From sequence record DRR723986_777: a stretch of DNA of 35,439 nucleotides; one strand, written 5' to 3'. This document shows, in pieces, positions 1 through 8,477 of this stretch; the first letter of the stretch is position 1; the number at the start of each line of letters is the position of its first letter. The notes beneath the pieces are model-generated. The model worked only from the letters and a program-made list of their open reading frames with translations. It was not told where the DNA came from and searched no databases. A program made the translations under genes and the position numbers.

Positions 1-1
1 C

Positions 2-217
2 CCGATCCAGGCGGCCATCGGCGGCAAGGTGATCGCACGCGAAACCCTGAGCGCCCTGAGAAAAGACGTGACGGCGAAATGCTATGGCGGCGATGCCAGC
101 CGGAAGCGCAAACTGCTGGACAAGCAGGCCGCCGGTAAAAAACGCATGCGCCAGTTCGGCAAGGTGGAAATCCCGCAGGAAGCCTTCGTCGCCGCTCTGC
201 GTATGGATGGGGACTGA
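2..217 (+). CDS. lepA: Elongation factor 4 (LepA), 3' end, partial
   Basis: [15 protein letters not shown]...[20 protein letters not shown]...[18 protein letters not shown] is the LepA C-terminal signature; truncated by the window edge. Confidence 0.97.
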   Translation, partial: PIQAAIGGKVIARETLSALRKDVTAKCYGGDASRKRKLLDKQAAGKKRMRQFGKVEIPQEAFVAALRMDGD

Positions 218-220
218 TCC

Positions 221-646
221 CTACTTTCCGGGCGCCGCACTCGCGGGTGGGGCAATCCTTCCCACCGTAGCCGCCCTCAGGATCCGGCGGAAGCTCGGGC
301 ATTCCATATGGCTGGGCGCGCGGCACGCAGAGGCGTGGCGCAGGCCATCGCGCATGACGGTCAGCTGGCGGATTTTCTCATCCAGTTCGTCGGCCTTGTC
401 GATCAGGCGCTTCCGGTCGATCCGCGGCCCGTCCGGTGACATCATCGCGGCGATCTCGTCAAGCGTGAAACCGGCCGCCCGGCCGAGCGCAATAAGGCCC
501 AGTTTCTCGAACACGTCCGGATCGAAGGTGCGCTTCAGGCCACGCCGTCCGTTTGAGGCGATCAGCCCTTTTTCTCCATAATATCGAAGCGTCGAGGCCG
601 GCAGGCCGGACTGTCTTGCGACCTCTGAAATATCCGGATCTTTCAT
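221..646 (-). CDS. MerR-family transcriptional regulator
   Basis: DISEVARQSGLPASTLRYY..KGLI HTH, IALGRAAGFTLDEI, C-terminal CRAPSHMECP; ATG at 646 chosen over the ORF-track start, which overlaps the divergent promoter. Confidence 0.92.
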   Translation of the reverse strand: MKDPDISEVARQSGLPASTLRYYGEKGLIASNGRRGLKRTFDPDVFEKLGLIALGRAAGFTLDEIAAMMSPDGPRIDRKRLIDKADELDEKIRQLTVMRDGLRHASACRAPSHMECPSFRRILRAATVGRIAPPASAAPGK

Positions 647-648
647 GC

Positions 649-679
649 TTGACCTCAAGCCGGCTTGAAGTGGCAATGT
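649..679 (+). promoter_or_regulatory. MerR-type promoter/operator: -35 TTGACC, 19-bp spacer with perfect palindrome TCAAGCCGGCTTGA (655-668), -10 CAATGT
   Basis: A 19-bp spacer containing a dyad is the MerR hallmark; resembles the SoxR box CCTCAAGTTAACTTGAGG. Confidence 0.85.
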
Positions 680-718
680 GCGCCTGTCGAATACGAAACA
701 CAAGACAGAGGACCGGAC

Positions 719-1558
719 ATGAGCGACACGAACACGGCAAACCCCCAGATGGCCGAGCTATGGAACGGCCCCGGTGCGCGCAGCTGGATCACCGCCCAGG
801 CCGTACTCGACCTGGCCTTCCATGGCTTTGAGACGCTGCTGGCGGACATGGCAGCTGAGGCCGGTGCGCACGCCGTGCTGGATGTCGGCTGCGGCACGGG
901 TGCCACGACGCGCGCTATTGCCGGCCGCATAACGCCGGAGGGCATGGCGCTCGGGCTCGACCTCTCCGCCCCGATGATCGCGCATGCGGAATTGCTGGCG
1001 CAGGAGGAAAGCTCCCCTGCCCGCTTCCTCGCCGGGGATGCGCAGATCCATGCCTTCCCGCCCGGCGAATTTGACCTCATCGTCTCCCGCTTCGGCGTGA
1101 TGTTTTTCTCCGATCCCGTCGCAGCTTTTGCGAACCTCCGCCGCGCCGCGAGGCCCGGTGCCGGACTTGCCATGATTTCCTGGCGCAGCATTACCGAGAA
1201 TCCGTTCATGACGGTCGCCGAGCGGGCGGCCGCGCCGCTCCTGCCAGACTTGCCGAAGCGCGGCGGCGGTCCCGGTCAGTTCGCCTTCGCCGATCATGAC
1301 CATGTGCATAGCATCCTCGACACAGCAGGCTGGACAGATGTTTCCAGTGAAGCGCTCGATATGGTCTGTGCCTTCCCGGCTGCAGCGCTCGACACTTATC
1401 TCAGCCTCATGGGTCCCGTCGGGCAGATACTGGCGAAATCAGACGATGCCACCCGCGAACGGGTCATTTCAGCCATCCGCGACGGCTTCAGCGAGTATAT
1501 CGCGGGCCCGGATATTCAGTTCACCGCCGCCTGCTGGATGACGCGCGCGACGGCCTAG
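719..1558 (+). CDS. Class I SAM-dependent methyltransferase
   Basis: VLDVGCGTG motif I, GLDLS, GDAQ, FDLIVSRFGVMFF; GAGGA RBS before ATG 719. Confidence 0.92.
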   Translation: MSDTNTANPQMAELWNGPGARSWITAQAVLDLAFHGFETLLADMAAEAGAHAVLDVGCGTGATTRAIAGRITPEGMALGLDLSAPMIAHAELLAQEESSPARFLAGDAQIHAFPPGEFDLIVSRFGVMFFSDPVAAFANLRRAARPGAGLAMISWRSITENPFMTVAERAAAPLLPDLPKRGGGPGQFAFADHDHVHSILDTAGWTDVSSEALDMVCAFPAAALDTYLSLMGPVGQILAKSDDATRERVISAIRDGFSEYIAGPDIQFTAACWMTRATA

Positions 1559-3243
1559 CTGAACCGCCGGATATAGGGAATGCCGGAGAACAGCATTCTC
1601 TGCGGGACGCCATTGATCACACCGTCGAAACGGATCTGCTCTGGCGAGGAAGCATCCGCCGTCCGCCAGACGCCGCCGTCACCCGGGAAAAGTTCCACGA
1701 TATTGCCGAGCAGAACTTTCCCGTCGCGGACATAGACATAGATAGGGCCTGCCCAGCGGTCGTCATTGTCATACCGCCCGGCCAGAACGCTCAGCGATTC
1801 CGGCGGCGGTGGTTTGTACCCCGTCGACGGATCGATCAGGTACTCCACATCCCCGCACCAGGCACGTACGGCTTCGCCATCCGCTGATTCAATCACGAGT
1901 CCAGTGATCGCGTGGTCGGGGTCATCGGTAGCGAACAGGCGGTCGGTGGCACAGTAGAGCACGCTGTCCCGTCCATTCTTCCGTAAACGCACGTCTCCGC
2001 CCGACACGACAATATCGAACCGGTCGCCGTCTTTGGCAATGAACCGGCCAGCATATTGTTCGGGCGCATCCAGCGGTTCACGCGGCGGCCTCGGCGCAGG
2101 CGCTGCAGCACCTTCCTGCATGGCCCGCATGAGTTCACAGGCATGCACGGTGACGTCCTTCGGCCGGTAATTGAGCGAGTAATGGACATTGGTCGAGGCG
2201 AAGGCAGCGACGCCCGCCTCAGGATCAATGTCGAGGGACGAACTGAAGGAAATCATGCCGCCTGTATGGTGCAGGTATTCCCGCCCATCGATCTCGACCC
2301 GCGCAACACCATTTCCGTATTGTGATCTAGGACCCCAGCCCTCCACCGGATCGGCGAGGAAGCGCTTTGCGGTATCGTCGGAAAAAACAGCGCCGCCTTT
2401 GCCGTCCGCGACATCGATCATGAAGCGGAGGAATTTCACCATATCACCCGGCGTGGCCGCGATGTTCCCGGCCGCGCTGTCACTGTCCACCCAAGGGGCG
2501 GGTGTCATGCGGACCGGGATCGGATTCAGCCGATCTGTCAGCGCAGGTTCATAACCTTGTGCATAGCGTGCCCGGTCTGCAACGTGCATCGCGGCGGCGC
2601 TTTCCCCCATGCCAATCTTGTCGAGTACGCGCGCCTTCACGACGTCCGGGAACAGACGTCCGTCTGCATGCGCAATGATCTTGCCTGCCAGCCGGTAACC
2701 ACAATTCGAATAGGACCAGTCCGACCCCGGCTTGAAGCCGGTCCACAAGCCATCTTCCGGAAACAGGGCAGAGTCTCCTGGCAGGCCAGACGTGTGATCC
2801 AGCAGGTGCCGGAGGTGAATGTCTTCTCCGTCACGGATCTTCAATCCGTTCAGGGCGTCCAGCACTTTCACATCCGGAGACAGACGGCCTTCATCAATGA
2901 GCGACCACGCGGCGAGCGCCGTGAACATTTTCGAGATCGAGCCGACCTGAAACAAATGGTCCGGCCCAACTGGAATGTTCCGTTCAATATCCGCAAAGCC
3001 CGAAGACAGAACCGCCTCATAGCCGTCACGCGTGACGAGGGCGACCGTCATTCCCGGCAGGCCCCAAGCGGTACGATGCTGCTCAATATAGTCTCTCAGC
3101 GGGCCGGTGACCTGATCGTCAGGGACCATGGGCGTATTGGGCGGCGGCGCGTTCTCCGGCGCATTCGTGCTTTTTTGGCAAGCCGCCAGGAAACTGGCCG
3201 ACAAGGTTGCGCCGCCAATAAACGCCCTGCGATCTATATCCAT
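1555..3243 (-). CDS. Serine hydrolase, beta-lactamase/AmpC-like family; Tat-exported lipoprotein
   Basis: GSISK (SxxK), YSN and HTGG motifs; N-terminal DRRAFI twin-arginine and LAAC lipobox. Confidence 0.9.
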   Translation of the reverse strand: MDIDRRAFIGGATLSASFLAACQKSTNAPENAPPPNTPMVPDDQVTGPLRDYIEQHRTAWGLPGMTVALVTRDGYEAVLSSGFADIERNIPVGPDHLFQVGSISKMFTALAAWSLIDEGRLSPDVKVLDALNGLKIRDGEDIHLRHLLDHTSGLPGDSALFPEDGLWTGFKPGSDWSYSNCGYRLAGKIIAHADGRLFPDVVKARVLDKIGMGESAAAMHVADRARYAQGYEPALTDRLNPIPVRMTPAPWVDSDSAAGNIAATPGDMVKFLRFMIDVADGKGGAVFSDDTAKRFLADPVEGWGPRSQYGNGVARVEIDGREYLHHTGGMISFSSSLDIDPEAGVAAFASTNVHYSLNYRPKDVTVHACELMRAMQEGAAAPAPRPPREPLDAPEQYAGRFIAKDGDRFDIVVSGGDVRLRKNGRDSVLYCATDRLFATDDPDHAITGLVIESADGEAVRAWCGDVEYLIDPSTGYKPPPPESLSVLAGRYDNDDRWAGPIYVYVRDGKVLLGNIVELFPGDGGVWRTADASSPEQIRFDGVINGVPQRMLFSGIPYIRRFS

Positions 3244-3345
3244 TCAGCCGCCCTTTCCTGCGTCTTCCTCGGAAAGTCTTATCCTGTTCCCGGTCCCGGA
3301 AAAGAGGCAACCCTGCGTCGGGTCAATTGACGCTGCGATTATGGA

Positions 3346-3933
3346 TCACTCACCGGCACCTGCAGCATCTATTGCAGCAATTTCGGCATCAAGCTGCTTC
3401 ACGGCTCGGACATTCAACCAGGCCACACCGGCAAAGACGGCACTCACAATCGCCAGCGAAATGCCAAACTGGCTGAGGCGGGCAAGCAATGGCAGACCGG
3501 TATCCGGCGCAAAGGACACCCCTCCGATGAATATCAGGATGCCCGGCACGAAGGGCGCCAGATACCAGCGCGGCACAGTTGCCAGCGCCTGCCGTTGGCG
3601 CAGCAGTTCGGCGCGGTGATAGTCCAGGAGCGGTTCAGCTCCCTCTGGCCGGCCGCCGAACGTACCGGCTTTCTCATGAAGAGCGTAGGCAACATAGACG
3701 GCACCAAGCGCCGTCAGGATGCACCCGGCTTTCACGACGAGGTCCGGGATGAGAAACGCCATCCAGCCAAAGACTGCGACAACCAGTGCTGCGGCGGCAT
3801 ATTCGGTCAGGTTCCGTATGCGGATACGCGACCGGAAGCGGCGGGAATGGGCATGAATATCCGCGAGTGACATCGAAAATGTCTCCTGTGTCTGTTGGGT
3901 CCACAGGGTCTGGAGGGGATCACGATCAGGCAT
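3346..3933 (-). CDS. Membrane protein with about 4 TM segments, putative anti-sigma factor
   Basis: ATG overlaps the stop of the upstream ECF sigma (ATGCCTGA); four hydrophobic segments. Confidence 0.75.
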   Translation of the reverse strand: MPDRDPLQTLWTQQTQETFSMSLADIHAHSRRFRSRIRIRNLTEYAAAALVVAVFGWMAFLIPDLVVKAGCILTALGAVYVAYALHEKAGTFGGRPEGAEPLLDYHRAELLRQRQALATVPRWYLAPFVPGILIFIGGVSFAPDTGLPLLARLSQFGISLAIVSAVFAGVAWLNVRAVKQLDAEIAAIDAAGAGE

Positions 3934-4447
3934 GGTTCGGCTCCTCGAAGTCTTTGGTGAGCTGTGCCTTGAGGCGGGAAATACGTGTTGCAACGGCCCC
4001 GGACGAAAGGCCGGTAATGTCGGCGATCTCGGTGGCGGGCAGATCTTCCAGATAGAGTGTCAGGATCTGCCGGTCCGGTATCTTCAGGCGGCGGATCCAG
4101 GCATTCAGCCGCTCCATCGCATCGCCCTTCTCAAACACCGCCGCGATGTTTCGGCTGTCCGGCACGTCGGAAATCTCGTCGAGCGCGATCTGTCCGGTGT
4201 TATGGCGGCGTTCCCGGTCGACATGGCGGGCGGCGGTATTGTGTGCCACCCGGTAGACCCAGGTGCTCATCTGGCAACGCCCGTCGAACACAGCAAAACT
4301 CTTCCACAGCGCGACATGCATGTCCTGCAGAAGGTCGCGGCGCCTGTCCGGATTGGCCTCGCTGGCACGGGCGAGACGCTGCAGGGCCGGACCGAATCGC
4401 CTGGCCGCCTGCTGGTAAAGCGCATCCTGATCTACATGTTGTGTCAT
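3926..4447 (-). CDS. ECF-family RNA polymerase sigma factor
   Basis: DLLQDMHVALWKS...STWVYRVAHN (region 2) and EIADITGLSSGAVATRISRLK (region 4). Confidence 0.95.
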   Translation of the reverse strand: MTQHVDQDALYQQAARRFGPALQRLARASEANPDRRRDLLQDMHVALWKSFAVFDGRCQMSTWVYRVAHNTAARHVDRERRHNTGQIALDEISDVPDSRNIAAVFEKGDAMERLNAWIRRLKIPDRQILTLYLEDLPATEIADITGLSSGAVATRISRLKAQLTKDFEEPNHA

Positions 4448-4455
4448 ACTTGTTT

Positions 4456-4482
4456 AGTGCCAGCCCGGACCGTTTTCTTACA
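4456..4482 (-). promoter_or_regulatory. Candidate autoregulatory ECF promoter TGTAAG-N16-GCACT
   Basis: ECF-like bipartite motif ending 8 nt before the sigma ATG, with no SD. Confidence 0.4.
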
Positions 4483-4524
4483 GACCCTGCAAAGAAAAGC
4501 GCCCTTCCCCGCCGCTATCGCGGC

Positions 4525-4553
4525 TTGGGCCGGCCGGATTCAGACGTTATATG
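4525..4553 (+). promoter_or_regulatory. Sigma70-type promoter of tsaD (TTGGGC-17-TATATG), probably leaderless
   Basis: -10 ends 6 nt before ATG 4560; no SD. Confidence 0.5.
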
Positions 4554-4559
4554 CCCGGT

Positions 4560-5660
4560 ATGACACGCCCGCTGACCCTCCTCGGCATTGAAACCAGCTG
4601 CGACGAGACCGCGGCAGCAGTGATCCGCCTCGCGCCTGACGGCGGGGTCCAGATCCTGTCCGAAAAGGTCCACACCCAGCTGGAAGAACATGCGCCCTAT
4701 CTCGGTGTCGTGCCGGAGATCGCTGCGCGGGCACATGCCGAACTCGCAGACCAGACAGTCGCTGCAGCCATGGCCGACTCCGGCCTGTCCTACACAGATC
4801 TCGACGCGGTGGCAGCAACCTCCGGCCCCGGCCTGATCGGCGGCGTCCTGGTCGGCATGATGACGGGCAAGGCGATTGCGCAGGCAGCGGGCAAGCCCTT
4901 CCTGGCGGTCAATCACCTGGAAGGCCATGCGCTGAGCCCCCGGCTGACGCATGACTGCCCCTTCCCCTACCTGCTCTTGCTGGTCTCGGGCGGGCATTGC
5001 CAGTTTCTGGAGGTGCGCGGCCTTGGCGACTATCGCCGGCTCGGCTCGACGATTGACGATGCCGCCGGCGAAGCCTTCGACAAGACCGCGAAATTGCTGG
5101 GATTAGGATTTCCGGGCGGGCCAGCCGTTGAACGTATTGGCGCAGATGGCGACCCCGAAGCGATAGATTTTCCCCGGCCGCTACTGAACCGGCCGGGCCT
5201 CGACATGAGTTTCGCCGGATTGAAGACAGCCGTCGCCCGCGCCGCCGAGGCAGAAGCGCTGACGGATGCGCGCATGGCCAATATCTGCGCCAGTTTTCAG
5301 GCGGCTATCGTGGACGTGTTGTCGGAAAAGGCCCGGCGGGCGCTCGAGGATTTCAATCCGGGCAATGATTCCGGAAAGCGTTTTGTCGTGGCGGGCGGCG
5401 TCGCCTCGAACAAGGCAATCCGCGCCGGATTGGAAAAAGTGGCCGATGCGGCTGGCGCGGTCCTGATTGCACCACCCATGCGGCACTGTACGGATAATGC
5501 CGCGATGATTGCCCTTGCCGGGGCGGAGCGGCTGGCAGGCGGCCTCGAAAACGAGGCAGGTGACATTGGCGCCGGGGCCAGACCGCGCTGGCCGCTGGAT
5601 GAAGCGGCGGCGAAGTCAGATCCGGCCTATGCGACGGGACGCCGGGGCGCCAAGGCCTGA
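4560..5660 (+). CDS. tsaD: tRNA N6-adenosine threonylcarbamoyltransferase TsaD
   Basis: [52 protein letters not shown]. Confidence 0.97.
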   Translation: MTRPLTLLGIETSCDETAAAVIRLAPDGGVQILSEKVHTQLEEHAPYLGVVPEIAARAHAELADQTVAAAMADSGLSYTDLDAVAATSGPGLIGGVLVGMMTGKAIAQAAGKPFLAVNHLEGHALSPRLTHDCPFPYLLLLVSGGHCQFLEVRGLGDYRRLGSTIDDAAGEAFDKTAKLLGLGFPGGPAVERIGADGDPEAIDFPRPLLNRPGLDMSFAGLKTAVARAAEAEALTDARMANICASFQAAIVDVLSEKARRALEDFNPGNDSGKRFVVAGGVASNKAIRAGLEKVADAAGAVLIAPPMRHCTDNAAMIALAGAERLAGGLENEAGDIGAGARPRWPLDEAAAKSDPAYATGRRGAKA

Positions 5661-5687
5661 AGGGTCTGCTCGAAACGGCTCAACGCC

Positions 5688-5801
5688 TTAAACCACGAAT
5701 TCGGCGAACGACACCATGGTGGCGATCAGGCCAACCGTGAACGGCAGGGCTGCCATAAGGGCAACGAGCGACTGGCGGGATTCGGTTTTCGAAAGGGTCA
5801 T
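5688..5801 (-). CDS. Small (37 aa) single-TM protein MTLSKTESRQSLVALMAALPFTVGLIATMVSFAEFVV
   Basis: ATG..TAA with AAGGA SD, upstream sigma70 promoter, GC3-rich codons, hydrophobic C-terminal two-thirds; below the ORF-track length cutoff. Confidence 0.65.
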   Translation of the reverse strand: MTLSKTESRQSLVALMAALPFTVGLIATMVSFAEFVV

Positions 5802-5850
5802 TGTCTGTGTTCCTTGTTCGGGAACGGCAACATTTGCCGTCCACGAGCTT

Positions 5851-5901
5851 CATATAGCGAAGCCATGAACACAAATCAATGAACGATTTTAAAATTATTC
5901 A
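5851..5901 (-). promoter_or_regulatory. Promoter of small ORF (TTGATT-17-TATATG) with abutting imperfect palindrome TGAACGATTTTAAAATTATTCA (5880-5901)
   Basis: -35 at 5874-5879, -10 at 5851-5856; palindrome matches its reverse complement at 18/22 positions. Confidence 0.6.
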
Positions 5902-5922
5902 GAGTTTAGAGTTTTTACCTAC

Positions 5923-6522
5923 TCATGGAACGCTGGCGTCCTTCGACAGGCCCGCGAGGATCAGGTCGAGGACTCCTTTCAGCTCCCGCTTCAGTTTCGG
6001 CAGGGTGAGGTGGGAAAACAGCTGCGGGAACCGGAATTTCATCAATGCCGCCTGCATGAATTCGGCAGTTTCATCGAGTCGCTCGAGCGGCCGGAACACG
6101 CCGTCACGAATGCCATCTTCAAGAATCTGCACCAGATAGACACGTTCCTGCGCCATCTGTTCATTCATATACAGCGGGCGTTCGTCCGCCAGAACCTCGG
6201 CAACTTCGAGAATCTTCGCTTTCGCCTCAATCGCCTGATAGGTGCTGACCATGCCGTAATCGAAGAACTCCCGCAGACGTTCGGGCGCAGGCTTCTTCTC
6301 GCGGGCGATCGACGCATAGGCCTGATACATCTCGCCGTTGAATTTGCGGGCCAATGCCTCAGCAATATCCAGCTTCGACGCGAAGAAGCGGTAGATGTTG
6401 CCGGCGGACATACCGCAATCCTTGGCAATCTCCGACATCGTGGTCTTGGCGTAGCCATAATGAAGGATCCGCTCGATGGCGGCATCCAGGATCAGCTGGC
6501 GGGTATCAGTGGTATCGTTCAT
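5923..6522 (-). CDS. TetR/AcrR-family transcriptional regulator
   Basis: TRQLILDAA...GYAKTTMSEIAKDCGMSAGNIYRFFASK HTH; ATG 6522. Confidence 0.95.
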   Translation of the reverse strand: MNDTTDTRQLILDAAIERILHYGYAKTTMSEIAKDCGMSAGNIYRFFASKLDIAEALARKFNGEMYQAYASIAREKKPAPERLREFFDYGMVSTYQAIEAKAKILEVAEVLADERPLYMNEQMAQERVYLVQILEDGIRDGVFRPLERLDETAEFMQAALMKFRFPQLFSHLTLPKLKRELKGVLDLILAGLSKDASVP

Positions 6523-6530
6523 GGAGCCGG

Positions 6531-6569
6531 ACCATACCGGGAAATACTGAAGGATCAATGATTCATTCA
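6531..6569 (-). promoter_or_regulatory. TetR gene promoter (TTGATC-16-TATGGT) overlapped by TGAA-N14-TTCA motif (6548-6569)
   Basis: Motif covers the -35; same end pattern as the palindrome at 5880-5901. Confidence 0.5.
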
Positions 6570-6656
6570 GGAAGCACAAAATCTGTTGCGGCAACCATAG
6601 GCAGGTGGGGCCGACTGTGCGATAGCCTCCGCCGGACGTCTGGATGGAGTGAACCT

Positions 6657-6953
6657 ATGCCCCTATTCTGCCTGCACTGCCTGGATAAAACCGATGGTGG
6701 CGCCGAAGCGCGCGCCAAGGCCCGGCCAGCCCACCTGGCTTGGGCGGCGGACCTTGGCGCCTGCGTACGCATGGCCGGACCGCTTCTGGACGAGGGCGGC
6801 AACATGGTCGGTTCTGTGTTCCTCATTGAAGCAGAGGATCTTGCCGCAGCAAAAGCGATCCATGCGCAGGACCCTTATGTCACCGGAGGCGTGTTCGGAC
6901 ACGTCCATATCAACGAGACCCGCTGGGCAATCGGTGTAGGCAAACCCGAATGA
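6657..6953 (+). CDS. YciI-family protein
   Basis: CLDK...RAKARPAHLAW...AGPLLD...GSVFLIEA...DPY pattern. Confidence 0.88.
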   Translation: MPLFCLHCLDKTDGGAEARAKARPAHLAWAADLGACVRMAGPLLDEGGNMVGSVFLIEAEDLAAAKAIHAQDPYVTGGVFGHVHINETRWAIGVGKPE

Positions 6954-7630
6954 GACGCCTCGTTCTGGGAAACCTGAACTATTCCAGCTGGTCGATCCGC
7001 CCACTCATGGTGGCCCGCAAAGTGGGCCTGCCGGTGGAAGAAAGCATCGTGCCGCTCGATTTTCCGGAAACGATAGCACGCCTGAAGGAAATCAGCCCGA
7101 CTGCAAAAGTACCGCTCCTCATCTGGGATAACCAGACGATCTGGGAGAGTCTCGCGATCACCGAATGGATCGCGGAATGGGCCCCGCCTGGCGCAGTCTG
7201 GCCGGAAGACCCGGTCGCCCGCGCTGTCGCCCGCGCCGCCGCCAGCGAAATGCATGCCGGCTTCCCGGAACTGCGCAACAAGTGCCCTATGGATATCCGG
7301 GGCCGGGAGCTTCCACCGGAAATGACCAACAAGCTCGCTGCCGATATTGATCGCATTCAGGAATTGTGGAGCGGCCTGCGGAGCGAGTATGGCCGGAATG
7401 GCCCGTTCCTGTTCGGACAATGGAGCGCAGCAGATGCCTTCTACCTGCCAGTCGTCACAAGATTCAGAACTTATGGCCTGCCGCTCAGCGGTGCTGCAGC
7501 GGATTATTCGGGTGCCGTTCTGTCAGATCCCGACTTCCTGAGACTGGAAGAGCAGGCCAAGGCAGAACCCTGGTGGATCAAATATGGACCGGACGGACGA
7601 TCCAGCGGCTATCTCAAGACGGAAGACTGA
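6950..7630 (+). CDS. Glutathione S-transferase family protein
   Basis: GNLNYSSWSIRP, SPTAKVPLL, WESLAITE, EMHAGF, ADAFYLPVVTRF; ATGA overlap with yciI. Confidence 0.93.
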   Translation: MRRLVLGNLNYSSWSIRPLMVARKVGLPVEESIVPLDFPETIARLKEISPTAKVPLLIWDNQTIWESLAITEWIAEWAPPGAVWPEDPVARAVARAAASEMHAGFPELRNKCPMDIRGRELPPEMTNKLAADIDRIQELWSGLRSEYGRNGPFLFGQWSAADAFYLPVVTRFRTYGLPLSGAAADYSGAVLSDPDFLRLEEQAKAEPWWIKYGPDGRSSGYLKTED

Positions 7631-8441
7631 GCAGGTCGTATCCAAGGTCGTGCCGGAACAATTCGCCGATCTTGCGCTGATAAATCTCCAGCGCTTCACC
7701 GGAAAACAGGTCCGACAGGCTGGTCTTGCGATTCTGCAGGACGTTCGGCTCGGCTTCCGGGTCCACTTTCTCAGCCATGGCTTCCTTCGTGCCTGCCTTT
7801 AGCGCCGCATCGATGGAGGCAGGCGCAAGCTTCAGGTTCCAATGCCGGTCAACGGCCTCCAGGATCTTCCGCGGGTCTTTCAGCGTGTCCTCATAATGTA
7901 CCACAAGGATGGACTCACCGTGACGGGCCAGGACTTCCCCCCAGCGGTTCCAGAACCGGGCGAGCCAGTAGAGATCGCAGCGGTATCTTGAGCCGGCCGG
8001 ATCCCCTTCCAGATAGGTCAGCCAGTCGACCTTGATGTCGTATTCCCATTTTGCGTGGTGACTGGCGAGGATCGACATCGGGTGCCGGACCGCCAGCACA
8101 TAGGGCGGCAGGCCGGCCAAGCCACGCGCCCAGCCCCAGTCCGCCAAACGGTGCGGGATCGTGTGGCTGAAGGCAAGTCTGGGAAGCTGCGGGAAAACCG
8201 GCGCATCCTTCGGCCAGCCGATATAGGGCCGCACGGCATTCTCGGAGAAGTACTTTGGCGGCTCGATCCCGTGCGTTTCAGCAAGTGCCACTGCCAGCAT
8301 GTATTTCAGCCAGTGCGTCCCCGAATTCTTTGATGTGACCAGCACGCCATCGAACGCACCATGGCGCAGCACCGAAAAATTGGTCCAGTTTTCGTTGAGC
8401 ACTTTGGCCCGGTAGGCAGAAGGCAGAGTCGTCGCGGTCAT
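7614..8441 (-). CDS. Sulfotransferase-domain protein
   Basis: KNSGTHWL (5'-PSB-like), VRHPMSILAS (3'-PB-like), VHYED. Confidence 0.8.
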   Translation of the reverse strand: MTATTLPSAYRAKVLNENWTNFSVLRHGAFDGVLVTSKNSGTHWLKYMLAVALAETHGIEPPKYFSENAVRPYIGWPKDAPVFPQLPRLAFSHTIPHRLADWGWARGLAGLPPYVLAVRHPMSILASHHAKWEYDIKVDWLTYLEGDPAGSRYRCDLYWLARFWNRWGEVLARHGESILVVHYEDTLKDPRKILEAVDRHWNLKLAPASIDAALKAGTKEAMAEKVDPEAEPNVLQNRKTSLSDLFSGEALEIYQRKIGELFRHDLGYDLLSLPS

Positions 8442-8477
8442 GGAACTGCCCTAGGGCCAGATGACAGACGGCGCAAC

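Noticed and set aside
221-646. Calling the MerR protein SoxR
   Set aside because: Lacks the four-Cys [2Fe-2S] motif despite the SoxR-like operator
5680-5874. 64-aa ORF from the track (and 5879-6139)
   Set aside because: No SD, overlaps the promoter; the nested 37-aa frame has much better signals
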